From: Bifidobacterium canis
Lineage (GTDB): Bacteria; Actinomycetota; Actinomycetes; Actinomycetales; Bifidobacteriaceae
Assembly (NCBI RefSeq): GCF_009727065.1
Contig: NZ_WNLP01000010.1
Location: forward strand, 69,770-93,769
DNA length: 24,000 nt
Reading direction: 5' to 3'
How positions within the stretch are numbered: position 1 is the stretch's first letter; each line of letters begins with the position of its first letter. The notes under the pieces were generated by a model. It was not told the DNA's origin. It worked only from the letters and a program-made list of their open reading frames with translations, and searched no databases. A program made the translations under genes and the position numbers. This document shows positions 1-8,347 of the stretch, piece after piece.

Positions 1-1943
1 CCCCGCTCCTGCCAACCCATGCACGACTCGCCTATCTGCAACCGCAACCCCTGGAACAGGAGCGCGTTGACCAGACGGCGCGCGTCCTCGCCCATGGCGG
101 CAACGCCGGGGCGGGCGGGGTCGCCGGTGTTGATGGCCAATTGCACCCCATGCGCCAACAACCGTTCCCAGGTGACCGTACGCCGGCTTGGGTCGGTGAG
201 TTGGGGAGCGCCGGCCAACAGGCCCATTTTGTTCATGGGTGCGTTGAGCAATTGGAACAACTGGCCGTCCGACACGGCCGGCCGCCCCGAACGTTCGTTG
301 ACGCCGCCATGGAGGCGTTCGACCGTCTCCCTGGCCTCATCATCGTCCAACGCGCACGCCATGGCGCGCGCCAGGGCACGGCCTGCGCGAGCCCCATGGC
401 CGAACAGCAACGTGAACGCGCCATCCACCCATGTGGCGGGCACGGCGACGCCTTGGCTGGCGCACACTTGGGCGAACCGTGGCGAATCCATGGCACGCAA
501 CGTCAACGCCACGCTGTCGGTCAACTGCAAGCGGCTTTTGGGGCCGATCTGCTGGTCGCCCAACGCGCCATGCATCAGGTTCGCGAACCGTTGGGCCCGC
601 ACCCACGCGTCCCCCTCCCCGAGCAGACTGATCATCGGCGTGCGCGCATCCGCCAGGTCCATGAACCGCATGCGCGGGTTCAACCGGTGCAATATGGGGA
701 AACTGTCCACGCCCTTCGCCTCGAACACCACGACCGAATCATCCGGGTTGCTGTGCGCGCACGCCCATTGCTGCACACCGTGCATGCTGTTCGATTTGCC
801 GCCGCCGGGTTTGCCCAACAACGCGATCCCGTCCCACATGACCGCCGCCGGCATGCGCACCGGCTGCCCGTCGACCGCCACCCCCAACAAGGGCCCGTCC
901 GCGTCCTGCAGTTCGGGCGGGCAGTGCGACAGGGCCGATTGGACGCCACGTTCACGCGCCAAGGGCGCCGCCAACGCCATCAACGTGCCCGGCGGCACCG
1001 GGAACGTGGAGCGTTCATACGCATACGCCTTCGCCCGCCGCCCGCGCCGGCGGCCCCCGTCGTCGCCGGCGGAGCGGGATTTGAAATCACTGGTCTCCAT
1101 GCGCCGGGTGCGCGCATGCGGCCACCACCAATGCCGGGGCCGTTGCCACACGGGCGCGTCCGCCGGCATGCGCACCATGCGCGCCACCGCCGCCACCACC
1201 AGGGGTGCGCTCACCGCCAACGGCCACCATGCGCCCCACAGCACGCACGCCAGGGCCGCCAACAGGCACATGATGACACTGGTCATGAGGAGCGCGAACC
1301 CGGGACGGGAACGGTGCGCCGCCACACCCGGGGTGACGCCCAACCCCAACGCGGTGCCGGCCCGGCGCGCCTCACGGACCGCGTCCGCGCCACGCGGCAT
1401 GCCCGCCACCACACGGCACGCGCCCACACCCGTCTCCTGCAACCGGTTCTGATCGGGCGCCATGTTGAACTCATCCGCCAACCAGTTCTTCGCCCGCCGG
1501 GTCTCCCACACCCCCTGCCGGCGCACATTGACCGCGACCACACCCCCATCCGCCGGATCGAACCGCGACTCGTGCGCATCCACCCCCGTATCCCGGGCCG
1601 TACGCGCCAACGTCGCGGACGCGGGAAACACCGCATGCGCCCACACCAACCGCCGCTCCAACACCTCCGGGGCACCCTCCAGGGGGCAGGCGCGCGCATG
1701 GCACGCGTCCGCCACCAACCGCACCACCTGCCCGTCCACCCCATCGGGCAGACACACCCACCGGCGTGTCCGGTCGGCCAACAACACCATCCCATCATCA
1801 CGGTGCACCAACAGGCGCCACCACGAGTCCCATCCCGGCCGGTCCGCCAAACCCAACGCGGCCGCCGCCTTGCGCGCACGGTTCACATACGCGGCCGCAT
1901 CCTCCGCCGGCACCCCCGGCAACGCCTCAAGCTCATACCACAT
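1..1943 (-). CDS. Type IV secretion coupling protein-like P-loop ATPase (VirD4/TraD/TraG type); 3' end lies beyond the left edge
   Basis: Hand translation of the minus strand. ATG at 1943..1941, with an in-frame TAG just upstream at 1955..1953. I checked every codon down to position 3 and found no stop (~647 codons). The track omits this ORF because it has no in-window stop. Two adjacent TM helices (GFALLMTSVIMCLLAALACVLWGAWWPLAVSAPLVVAAVA, ~nt 1180-1300) are followed by Walker A LLGKPGGGKS (nt 792-815) and, ~20 aa later, VVVFEAKG, which fits the T4CP pattern. Track ORF 141..1964 (+) is its same-phase antisense shadow. Confidence 0.7.
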   Translation of the reverse strand, partial: MWYELEALPGVPAEDAAAYVNRARKAAAALGLADRPGWDSWWRLLVHRDDGMVLLADRTRRWVCLPDGVDGQVVRLVADACHARACPLEGAPEVLERRLVWAHAVFPASATLARTARDTGVDAHESRFDPADGGVVAVNVRRQGVWETRRAKNWLADEFNMAPDQNRLQETGVGACRVVAGMPRGADAVREARRAGTALGLGVTPGVAAHRSRPGFALLMTSVIMCLLAALACVLWGAWWPLAVSAPLVVAAVARMVRMPADAPVWQRPRHWWWPHARTRRMETSDFKSRSAGDDGGRRRGRRAKAYAYERSTFPVPPGTLMALAAPLARERGVQSALSHCPPELQDADGPLLGVAVDGQPVRMPAAVMWDGIALLGKPGGGKSNSMHGVQQWACAHSNPDDSVVVFEAKGVDSFPILHRLNPRMRFMDLADARTPMISLLGEGDAWVRAQRFANLMHGALGDQQIGPKSRLQLTDSVALTLRAMDSPRFAQVCASQGVAVPATWVDGAFTLLFGHGARAGRALARAMACALDDDEARETVERLHGGVNERSGRPAVSDGQLFQLLNAPMNKMGLLAGAPQLTDPSRRTVTWERLLAHGVQLAINTGDPARPGVAAMGEDARRLVNALLFQGLRLQIGESCMGWQER

Positions 1944-2008
1944 ACCCCTCTGCTATGCCGCTGACGCATCACCGGCCAACAACCAACCAACCCCTGAAAG
2001 GAACCTGC

Positions 2009-3130
2009 ATGAAAGTCCTCGTGGAGGGCGCGGAACTGGCACGCGCCGCACAACACGTCTCCCGGGTCCTGGACAAACTCGACCCCGACCACACCCACAT
2101 CACCCTGACCGCCGAACACGACACGGTGACCCTGACCGCGAACAGCCGCAGCCAATGGGCCCGCACCCGCCTGGACGCGGACGTGCTCGAACCCGGCACC
2201 GTCATCGTCGCCGGCTTCTGGTTCACCGCGCTCGCCGGACAGAACGGCCCGGGCGAAACCGTGATCGAAACCCGCACGGATGCGCGCGGCGAATGGCTGC
2301 ACACCGTCAACGGACGCACCCGCGCCCGTATGCGCCTGATGCCCGGCGCGGCCGAAAACGAATGGCCAGACATGCAAGGCATGGAACTGGCATTGCCCGA
2401 CGGGACGCTGCCACGCCTGATCAACGCCGTCACCCACTGCGCGTCCCGCAACCAGTCACGCCCCCTGCTCACCGGCGTGCACATCCACGGCGACGGCGAC
2501 CATGTGGTGTTCGAGGCGACGGACCGGTACCGGGCGGCCCGCGCCCAAGTGGACGCCCCCGGCTTCACCGGCAGCGTGGTCGTACCAGCCGAATGGCTCA
2601 AACGCGTCGGACGGGACGCCACCAGCCTGCACATCGGCTCCCATCTCGTCATGGCCTCCAACCGTGTGGACGAGGACATGACGGTCGTCTTGGACGGCCA
2701 ATACCCCGACATCGCCCGCATCATCCCCGACACGGAGGACGAGTACCCGCTGGTGGTGCACGCCGGCCGTGACGAACTGCTGGCCGCGGTCAAATACCTG
2801 CGCGCCCTGGACATGGACAACCGAGACACCCTGCCCGTGGACATGACGGTCACCAACGGCGAGGTCGTATGCACCCAAGCCGCCAGCGCGGACAGTGTGG
2901 GACAGGTCACGTTGGACGGCACCAGCGTGGACGGCGCAATGGACGGGATGCTGCGCCTCAACGCGCAATTCCTCGCCGACATCACCGCCTCATGGCCCCA
3001 CGGGACGGTCGACCTGCGGGTGCGGGACGCGCTCAAACCCGTCCTGTTCGCCCAAGGCGACAACGACAACGACGAAGACGATGGGGCGCGTTTGCAGTGG
3101 CGCCAAGTGCTGGTGCCCATCCGCCAATAA
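2009..3130 (+). CDS. dnaN: DNA polymerase III beta sliding clamp-like protein (element-encoded DnaN paralogue)
   Basis: ATG at 2009 is preceded by GAAAGGAA (1996-2003); 373 aa. Clamp hallmarks: SRPLLTGVHI...VFEATDRYRAA, DGQYPDIARIIP, LNAQFLADI and a C-terminal VLVPIRQ. The track ORF starts at 1766, but that N-terminal extension is Pro/His-rich and overlaps the divergent gene, so I rejected it. Confidence 0.85.
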   Translation: MKVLVEGAELARAAQHVSRVLDKLDPDHTHITLTAEHDTVTLTANSRSQWARTRLDADVLEPGTVIVAGFWFTALAGQNGPGETVIETRTDARGEWLHTVNGRTRARMRLMPGAAENEWPDMQGMELALPDGTLPRLINAVTHCASRNQSRPLLTGVHIHGDGDHVVFEATDRYRAARAQVDAPGFTGSVVVPAEWLKRVGRDATSLHIGSHLVMASNRVDEDMTVVLDGQYPDIARIIPDTEDEYPLVVHAGRDELLAAVKYLRALDMDNRDTLPVDMTVTNGEVVCTQAASADSVGQVTLDGTSVDGAMDGMLRLNAQFLADITASWPHGTVDLRVRDALKPVLFAQGDNDNDEDDGARLQWRQVLVPIRQ

Positions 3131-3149
3131 CCCCCGCCATGGATCTTGA

Positions 3150-3184
3150 GGGTCGGCCGCCACCTGTTGGCGGCCGACCCTTTT
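3150..3184. terminator. Rho-independent-type hairpin shared by convergent genes
   Basis: Perfect 12 bp stem GGGTCGGCCGCC (3150-3161) / GGCGGCCGACCC (3169-3180) with a 7 nt loop, followed by TTTT (3181-3184). It lies 20 nt after the dnaN-like stop and 9 nt after the corrected stop (3191..3189) of the minus-strand gene. Confidence 0.6.
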
Positions 3185-3188
3185 GTGT

Positions 3189-4893
3189 TCACATTTCGGC
3201 GCTCGCGTTGCCGTCCGGTGTGGACGGTTGCGCCGGTTGCGCCGGTTGCGCGGGTTGTGTGGGTTGGGTTGGTTGTGCGGGCGTGTACTGGGGTGTGTAC
3301 TGCGGCGTGTACTGGGGTGTGGCGGGCGCCGTGTACTGCGGGCCCGTCTCCTGCGTTTGCGTTTGCGCCTCGGCCTGACGGGCCTCCTCCTGCCGGCGTC
3401 GCTCCTCCTGGGCTTTCTGTTTCGCCTCCGCCTCCTTTTTCTTGCGTTCCTCCTCCTGTTTTTCCTCTCCGCCTCCTGTTTGGCACGATTGGCGGCGTCC
3501 TCCTGTTGCGCCTTGGCGCGCAACCCACGCAACGTGTCCTGACGGGACTGCAACGCGTCCAACGTGCCCACCGGCAACCCCTCATACGCTTTGAGTGCCG
3601 ACAACGTATCCTTGCCGGCCAACGGCCAATCCTTGACGGCCCGCGCGGCTTGCGTGCGCATCGCCTCCCATTGGGTTGCGATCTGCTCACTGATGCGCTT
3701 GTCCAGACTGTTGGTGCGGGACCGCAATCGGCTGGTGTGCGCCTCCGTGTCCGCCGGACAGGTGCGTTCGGGACTGCTGCCCGCGTTCAACCGCAACCGT
3801 TTCGCCCGCGCCACGCTCGCATCCCATTGCGCCAACTGCTGCGCGTATTGCGCGCACTGGGCCTCACGGCGCCGCCCATCCCCCGCGGTTTGGTGCGCGT
3901 GCAGCGCGAACACCAGGGCCGCCACCATGAGGATCGCCACGAACACGGCTGCGGCGATGATCAACGGCCGGTATGACCGGGCGCGGCCACCCCCATCATC
4001 ATCGTCCGCGCAAGCGGCCACATCCACCGCATCGGCACCGGCAACCCCCGTATCCCCTATAGGGTCCGTGGATTCCCCATTATCCTCGTCATCGTCCCAG
4101 TCAAGGTCCAGGCTGACGCCACGCGAACCGATCTGCGCGATCCAATCATCATCATCCGCCGCTTTGTCAGGCAAGGGCATGCCCCCGTCCGTGGCCGGCT
4201 CACACGGGTGCTCTGGCATGGCGGAGACTGGTGCGGCGGCCACACCGTCCGTGGTGGTTGTTGGGGGCTCGTCCCATGGGGTGGCGTCGGGACCGGCGAT
4301 GTCATCATCCGCCAACCCATCCCCCGTATGGCGCCCGTATCATCCACAAGTCCACCGTCCGCACCCCAATCCCACTGATCCGCGTCCTGCCCATCCGGCG
4401 TAACTGGCGTGGGGTGTGTATCAGCCCCGGCCTCGTCGGCTTGTTCCCCAGTGGCCTGCACGTCCTGCGGGGGCATGCCGGAATCCTGTTCGTCTTGCAC
4501 TGGGGTGTCCCACAACGCATCCCAATCCTCATCATCCACCGCGGTCCCGCCGTCGCCCATGTCAGGGACCTGCACGGGCCCATCCCGGTCCACCGGCTGT
4601 GCCGGCACCGGCGCCTCACTCGGTTCGGGTTGTCCCGCCGGGGCCATGGCCGGTTCCGGATCGGTCCACAGGCTCTCCCAATCATCCCCATCCGGATTGG
4701 ACGGTTCAACCGGCCCGGTGGCATGGCCATCGCCGCCCGGTGCTCCCATGGATGCGGCCTCGGGTGCGGTATGCCCCTCGCCCGCATTGCCCGCCGGGCG
4801 CACCTCACCTTTTGGCATGACGGGTGCGGCCGGTGTGGGTTCACTGGACACCGGGGGTGTGGCCGCGGACTCGAACTTCGGTTTGAATGGCAT
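3189..4893 (-). CDS. Acidic Trp-rich / single-TM / coiled-coil / Q-P-T-Y repeat protein, function unknown; two apparent one-base frame breaks (pseudogene or sequence error)
   Basis: ATG at 4893, with AGGGG 7 nt upstream. Three frame segments: 4893..~4323 (start of track ORF 4057..4893); ~4322..~3461 (track ORF 2990..4315); ~3461..3189 (no start codon, so absent from the track). Hand translation of the third segment: KQEEERKKKEAEAKQKAQEERRRQEEARQAEAQTQTQETGPQYTAPATPQYTPQYTPQYTPAQPTQPTQPAQPAQPAQPSTPDGNASAEM*. The breaks coincide with C5 (4321-4325) and T5 (3459-3463). The corrected stop sits just before the 3150-3180 hairpin. The uncorrected frames instead give Arg-rich or Pro-rich junk, and one reads through the hairpin into dnaN antisense. 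TM segment: YRPLIIAAAVFVAILMVAALVFAL. Confidence 0.55.
3226..3342. repeat. In-frame coding tandem repeats (9 bp x6 degenerate, then 12 bp units)
   Basis: GGTTGCGCC-type 9-mers at 3226, 3235, 3244, 3253, 3262 and 3271 encode P-A/T-Q triplets on the minus strand. GTGTACTG(G/C)GG(T/C) 12-mers at 3283, 3295 and 3307, plus a fourth at 3331 after a 12 bp spacer, encode PQYT units. Confidence 0.8.
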
Positions 4894-5029
4894 GCCACAC
4901 CCCTATGCGACCACACCCAACCGAAAACAATACCCACTGAAAACACCTCGACACCACGGGAATTACCCGACTCCCCTCCCCACGCCCGGTCCGCCGGCCG
5001 TGTTCACGCCTGCACCGGCCACAGGGGAC

Positions 5030-5350
5030 TCTTCACTGACGCAGTGATGTCGGTGAAGACTCCTCAACCCTACTGCCGATTGGGGTTGGGGGCTCCGAAA
5101 ACATGTTTCTTCACCGACGCAGCGTGGTTCTAAAGGAACCCCCAAATCGGCTCCCCTATAGAAAGACCTTAAAAGTCGGTGCGTCACCGAAGAAACTTCA
5201 TAAACCCCAATCAGCAGTAGGCTTAGGAGCCTTCACCGACATTCGAAAGTCGGTGAAGAAAGTTGGGTGTCTTCACCGACATCACCCGCGCGGTCGGTGA
5301 AGAAACCTGCATGTCGGTGAAGAAACATGGAATGTCACTGCGTCGCCGAC
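5030..5350. repeat. Iteron-like array of GTCGGTGAAGA(AAC) / TCTTCACCGAC motifs; putative replication origin or operator region
   Basis: Forward copies at 5049-5059, 5249-5259, 5293-5306 and 5313-5326. Reverse copies at 5030-5040 (1 mismatch), 5108-5118, 5230-5240 (1 mismatch) and 5270-5280. Degenerate composite copies at 5175-5196 and 5334-5350. Three inverted pairs have 8, 8 and 12 bp spacers, and two direct copies sit 20 bp apart. A separate 19 bp inverted repeat, CCTACTGCCGATTGGGGTT (5069-5087) / AACCCCAATCAGCAGTAGG (5203-5221), has 1 mismatch. An A/T-rich patch lies at ~5357-5420. The array sits between divergent genes, directly upstream of the helicase/Prim-Pol gene. Confidence 0.6.
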
Positions 5351-5524
5351 CACACCGGAAAACAAAAAGAAACATATTGCGCATCGCATTGTTTTCGGCG
5401 TGGCTACGGAAATAAACCATCCTCCCCCGCTTTGGGGCGGTTGGGGTGGCCGGGGTGGTGGTCCTTGTGACGCATAGGGGGTACCGCAAGACGCGACACC
5501 GTAGGATGCGGGGAGGATGAGCAC

Positions 5525-8014
5525 ATGTGCACCTACCAAGAGGAACAGGACATGCAACGCTGGAGGTTCCGCGTACGCCCCGGCATGCCACGCAACGTGC
5601 AGAAGATCTACAACGAAATGAGCATCGTCGACTACGACGCCGGCGAATGGACCTTCATCGACGACCACAACGACCCGGTGCGCGTACCCACCCGCAACGA
5701 CGGCAAACCCTACTTCGCCATCGGCTACGCGCGCGCCCTATGGGACTTGCGCAACCGCAACCTCGCCTTGGAACTGCAACCGGACGATGCCGGCACCGTC
5801 CTGTTCCGCCGTGACATCGACACCGAAACGGACGAGAACGGACAGGTGCGCCGGTTGCACACATGGCACGCGATCTCCGCCATCGCGGACGAGTACCGGG
5901 TGCCACGGGCGGAACGCAACAACGAGTGGGAGAACCTGTTCATCCAGGAATGCCGGCGGCTGAAAACACGCGACGGGCACCCATGGCGCGTCGTGCACGG
6001 CATCCGTTTCGACGACCGCGCCTACTGGCGTGAGGACGACGGCAAAGGCCACCAGCACCTGCATGAGATCCTCGACCCGGACGACCCGTTGATGCAAATG
6101 CCCTTCGAACTCAACCTCGAACACGCATGGGATGACCATCTCGCCGACGTGGGCGCACGCATCATCGACGATCTGACCGCGGACGCGAACAGCCGGCACA
6201 ACATGATGCTGCTGCCCGCCAGCCCGTTCCTGCAACCCTACAAGCATCTGACGTTCGTCCTGGCCGGTGACGGCGGCAACGGCAAAGGCCTGTTTTTCAG
6301 CGCGTTCACGAAACACAACCGGCAGACCCAACGCCTGTCCGCCACCATCGACACGGAGAAACTCGTCGGCGGCGGCCGCCTGTCGGGCACATCGGTCGAA
6401 CAGGAACCGGTCAAACTCGTGGGCAAACTGTGGGCGTTCGATGAGGACGCCAGCGGATTGGACACCCACCAGACGGACCGGTTGAAACGCCTGTCCACCG
6501 GCGACACGATCTCGGGGCGTGTGCTGGGCTCGGACGTGATCAGCTTCAACCCGCGTGCCGTGTTGTGCATCGCCACGAACCTTGATTTCGTGACGAACAT
6601 GGACGCGAGCATGAAACGCCGCTTCGCGTTCATCCGCATGAAGGACAACCGCAGCGCCGACAGTCCCGAAATGGTGTACCTGCGTACGTTCGTCGCCACG
6701 GTGGGCGCCTGGGGGTTCATCATGGCGTCCTGCCGCTATTGGCAGCAGCATCCGGCCGGCAAGGCGTTGACCGTGCAGATCGGCCGGCCTGAGAACCTGT
6801 CGGAGGCGGAGGAATGGATCGTGGCGGAACTGGTGGAGCGTGGTTTCGCGGACAACACCAGCAACCCGTTCCGCCCCTCCAGCCATGCGACGCATGACAT
6901 TTGCCAGAAGCTGGGGTTGAAGACGGCGAGGCGCCGCAACAAGAGCGTGCTCATGGTCAACATGGACGATGAGGAGGCGCGCGCCAGGTTCCAACCGTAC
7001 GCCGCGTATGTGCGTGACAAGATCGAACAGGACGGGCATGCGGTGCCCCCGGACGCGTTGCGCCGCCAACCGGACAAGCGCAACCCGGACGAGTATGGCT
7101 TCGTATGTGATTACACGCCGGCGGGCGCCGACAAGGTCGCGCGCAACTGGCAGAAGCTCGCGTTGGACCCGGGTGTGGACACCAGTAGGGTGCCGCAGGG
7201 TGTCAATGCGTGGGCGGCGGTCCCTGCCGAGGGGTATGCGGTGTTGGATTTCGACGTGCCGGACGATCCGGGCGCGCAAACCGGGTGGGCTGTGTTGAGC
7301 GATGAGGTCGGCGCGTACGGGTCGATGGCGTTCCCCGCCACGTTCGTGACCCGCACCCCCGGCATGGGCGCGCATGCGTATTACCGGTTGCCCAAGGGTG
7401 TGGTGTTGCGCAACACGGCGCACCCGAAGACGGACCGGTTCCCCGATGGGTTGCCCATTGATGTGCGCACGGCCCGCAAGGGGTATGTCATCGCCCCCGG
7501 CAGCACCATCCGCAAAGGCCAGTATCTGATCGCGGATGCGCATGAGGTCGTGGAGATGAGCGCGGAAATGGTCGCCTGGCTGGATGAGCACGGGTATGTG
7601 GAGCATCCCGAAGCGGACGCGGAAACCGATGTGATGGTGGACTCTGATGGCGTCATCGCCGGTCCCGCGAACACCCCGGCCCCGGCGGGGCGTCGTGGTG
7701 GTGTGGATCCGTTGGGTGGCTTCTACCGTTCACCCCAAACGCAGCCGCGCCCGGAGGGTGGCAACCGTGGGGAGACGATGCGGTTGAATGTGCCGGCGCA
7801 ATCCAAGGGCGCCACGCATGACGCGATCCGGGATTGGTCGTATGGGCTGATCCATCACGCCGCGGAGGAGCGGTTCAGCCAACCGGAGGTGGATGCGTTG
7901 GTGGAACGGATCAAACGCGGTGTGCGTGTTGGCCATGACCGGCATGACACGGCGTTGGTGTTGGCCGGCGCGTTGAAACAGGCGGGGTTGAGCACCCGCG
8001 TGCCGTTGGAGTGA
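5525..8014 (+). CDS. Replication protein: SF3 (P4/D5-type) helicase domain followed by a bifunctional primase-polymerase (Prim-Pol) domain
   Basis: ATG at 5525 lies 7 nt after GGAGGA (5512-5517); an alternative ATG is at 5552. SF3 motifs: Walker A VLAGDGGNGKGLF (6266-6289 encodes GDGGNGKG), Walker B KLWAFDED, motif C VLCIATN, then KRRFAFI. Prim-Pol motifs: YAVLDFDV (7241-7258), PGMGAHAYYRLP and IDVRTARKGYVIAPGS. The 829 aa frame is uninterrupted. Confidence 0.85.
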   Translation: MCTYQEEQDMQRWRFRVRPGMPRNVQKIYNEMSIVDYDAGEWTFIDDHNDPVRVPTRNDGKPYFAIGYARALWDLRNRNLALELQPDDAGTVLFRRDIDTETDENGQVRRLHTWHAISAIADEYRVPRAERNNEWENLFIQECRRLKTRDGHPWRVVHGIRFDDRAYWREDDGKGHQHLHEILDPDDPLMQMPFELNLEHAWDDHLADVGARIIDDLTADANSRHNMMLLPASPFLQPYKHLTFVLAGDGGNGKGLFFSAFTKHNRQTQRLSATIDTEKLVGGGRLSGTSVEQEPVKLVGKLWAFDEDASGLDTHQTDRLKRLSTGDTISGRVLGSDVISFNPRAVLCIATNLDFVTNMDASMKRRFAFIRMKDNRSADSPEMVYLRTFVATVGAWGFIMASCRYWQQHPAGKALTVQIGRPENLSEAEEWIVAELVERGFADNTSNPFRPSSHATHDICQKLGLKTARRRNKSVLMVNMDDEEARARFQPYAAYVRDKIEQDGHAVPPDALRRQPDKRNPDEYGFVCDYTPAGADKVARNWQKLALDPGVDTSRVPQGVNAWAAVPAEGYAVLDFDVPDDPGAQTGWAVLSDEVGAYGSMAFPATFVTRTPGMGAHAYYRLPKGVVLRNTAHPKTDRFPDGLPIDVRTARKGYVIAPGSTIRKGQYLIADAHEVVEMSAEMVAWLDEHGYVEHPEADAETDVMVDSDGVIAGPANTPAPAGRRGGVDPLGGFYRSPQTQPRPEGGNRGETMRLNVPAQSKGATHDAIRDWSYGLIHHAAEERFSQPEVDALVERIKRGVRVGHDRHDTALVLAGALKQAGLSTRVPLE

Positions 8015-8035
8015 ACAGGTTGAGGGAGGTTGGCA

Positions 8036-8314
8036 ATGGTGCAGGGTGAACCGATCGACCCGGTGGTGTGGGACGTGTGGTGTGCCGTCGTGGAGTACGA
8101 GACGGGGGCGCGCCACGGGTTCACGGCCCGTGTCGCCCGGTTGGATGCGTGGGGTGTGGTGGAGGCCAACGCCCGTTCGTTGCAGTTGGCGTTGGCGGTC
8201 TACCGGTGGCTGTTGGCCCGGTTCGCGATGACCGCACCCGACCGTGTCGCCGGGTGGCGCCAGCGCGTGCTGGAGTGCGAGGGCGCGCTACGGTTCCAAA
8301 CCATGGACGCGTGA
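8036..8314 (+). CDS. Hypothetical small protein (92 aa)
   Basis: ATG at 8036 lies 6 nt after GAGGGAGG (8022-8029) and 22 nt after the upstream stop. Third-position G/C bias looks coding. I recognised no motif. Confidence 0.5.
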   Translation: MVQGEPIDPVVWDVWCAVVEYETGARHGFTARVARLDAWGVVEANARSLQLALAVYRWLLARFAMTAPDRVAGWRQRVLECEGALRFQTMDA

Positions 8315-8347
8315 ACCGTGCGGGTTCAACCCCCGCCCGGTTTCCGG

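Noticed and set aside
19-1964. Long + strand ORFs 19..1452 (477 aa) and 141..1964 (607 aa)
   Set aside because: Their composition is Arg/His/Pro/Gln-rich and junk-like. ORF 141..1964 is in exact codon-phase antisense to a minus-strand frame that carries TM helices and a Walker A motif. Both are typical high-GC shadow ORFs.
1766-2008. N-terminal extension of the clamp ORF (track start 1766)
   Set aside because: The extension is Pro/His/Thr-rich and overlaps the 5' end of the divergent gene. A good RBS and ATG at 2009 give a canonical-length clamp of 373 aa.
3226-3342. Short tandem repeats considered as a possible CRISPR-like or regulatory array
   Set aside because: The units are 9 and 12 bp, contiguous with no spacers. 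They are in frame with the C-terminal repeat region (PAQ/PQYT) of the minus-strand gene.
3459-3463. Programmed -1 ribosomal frameshift at the A5/T5 run in the acidic protein gene
   Set aside because: In the zero frame the site is AGG AAA AAC, which is not a canonical X XXY YYZ heptamer. I saw no downstream stimulatory structure. Similar one-base breaks occur in several unrelated genes, so sequence error or decay is the simpler explanation.
1969-3690. Minus-strand ORF of 573 aa across the clamp gene
   Set aside because: It is antisense to a well-supported DnaN-like gene. Its sequence is low-complexity and Arg/Ser/Thr-rich, and it reads straight through the 3150-3180 terminator hairpin.
4963-5668. 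Small ORFs in the iteron region (4963..5187 -, 5103..5300 +, 5223..5591 -, 5282..5668 -)
   Set aside because: They are generated by the repeat array itself; for example, the peptide PQSAVGL appears in ORFs on both strands because of the 19 bp inverted repeat. They have no RBS, and the region is better explained as non-coding.
5738-7606. Minus-strand ORF of 622 aa
   Set aside because: It is antisense to the helicase/Prim-Pol gene. It is Arg/His/Gly-rich and carries no motifs.
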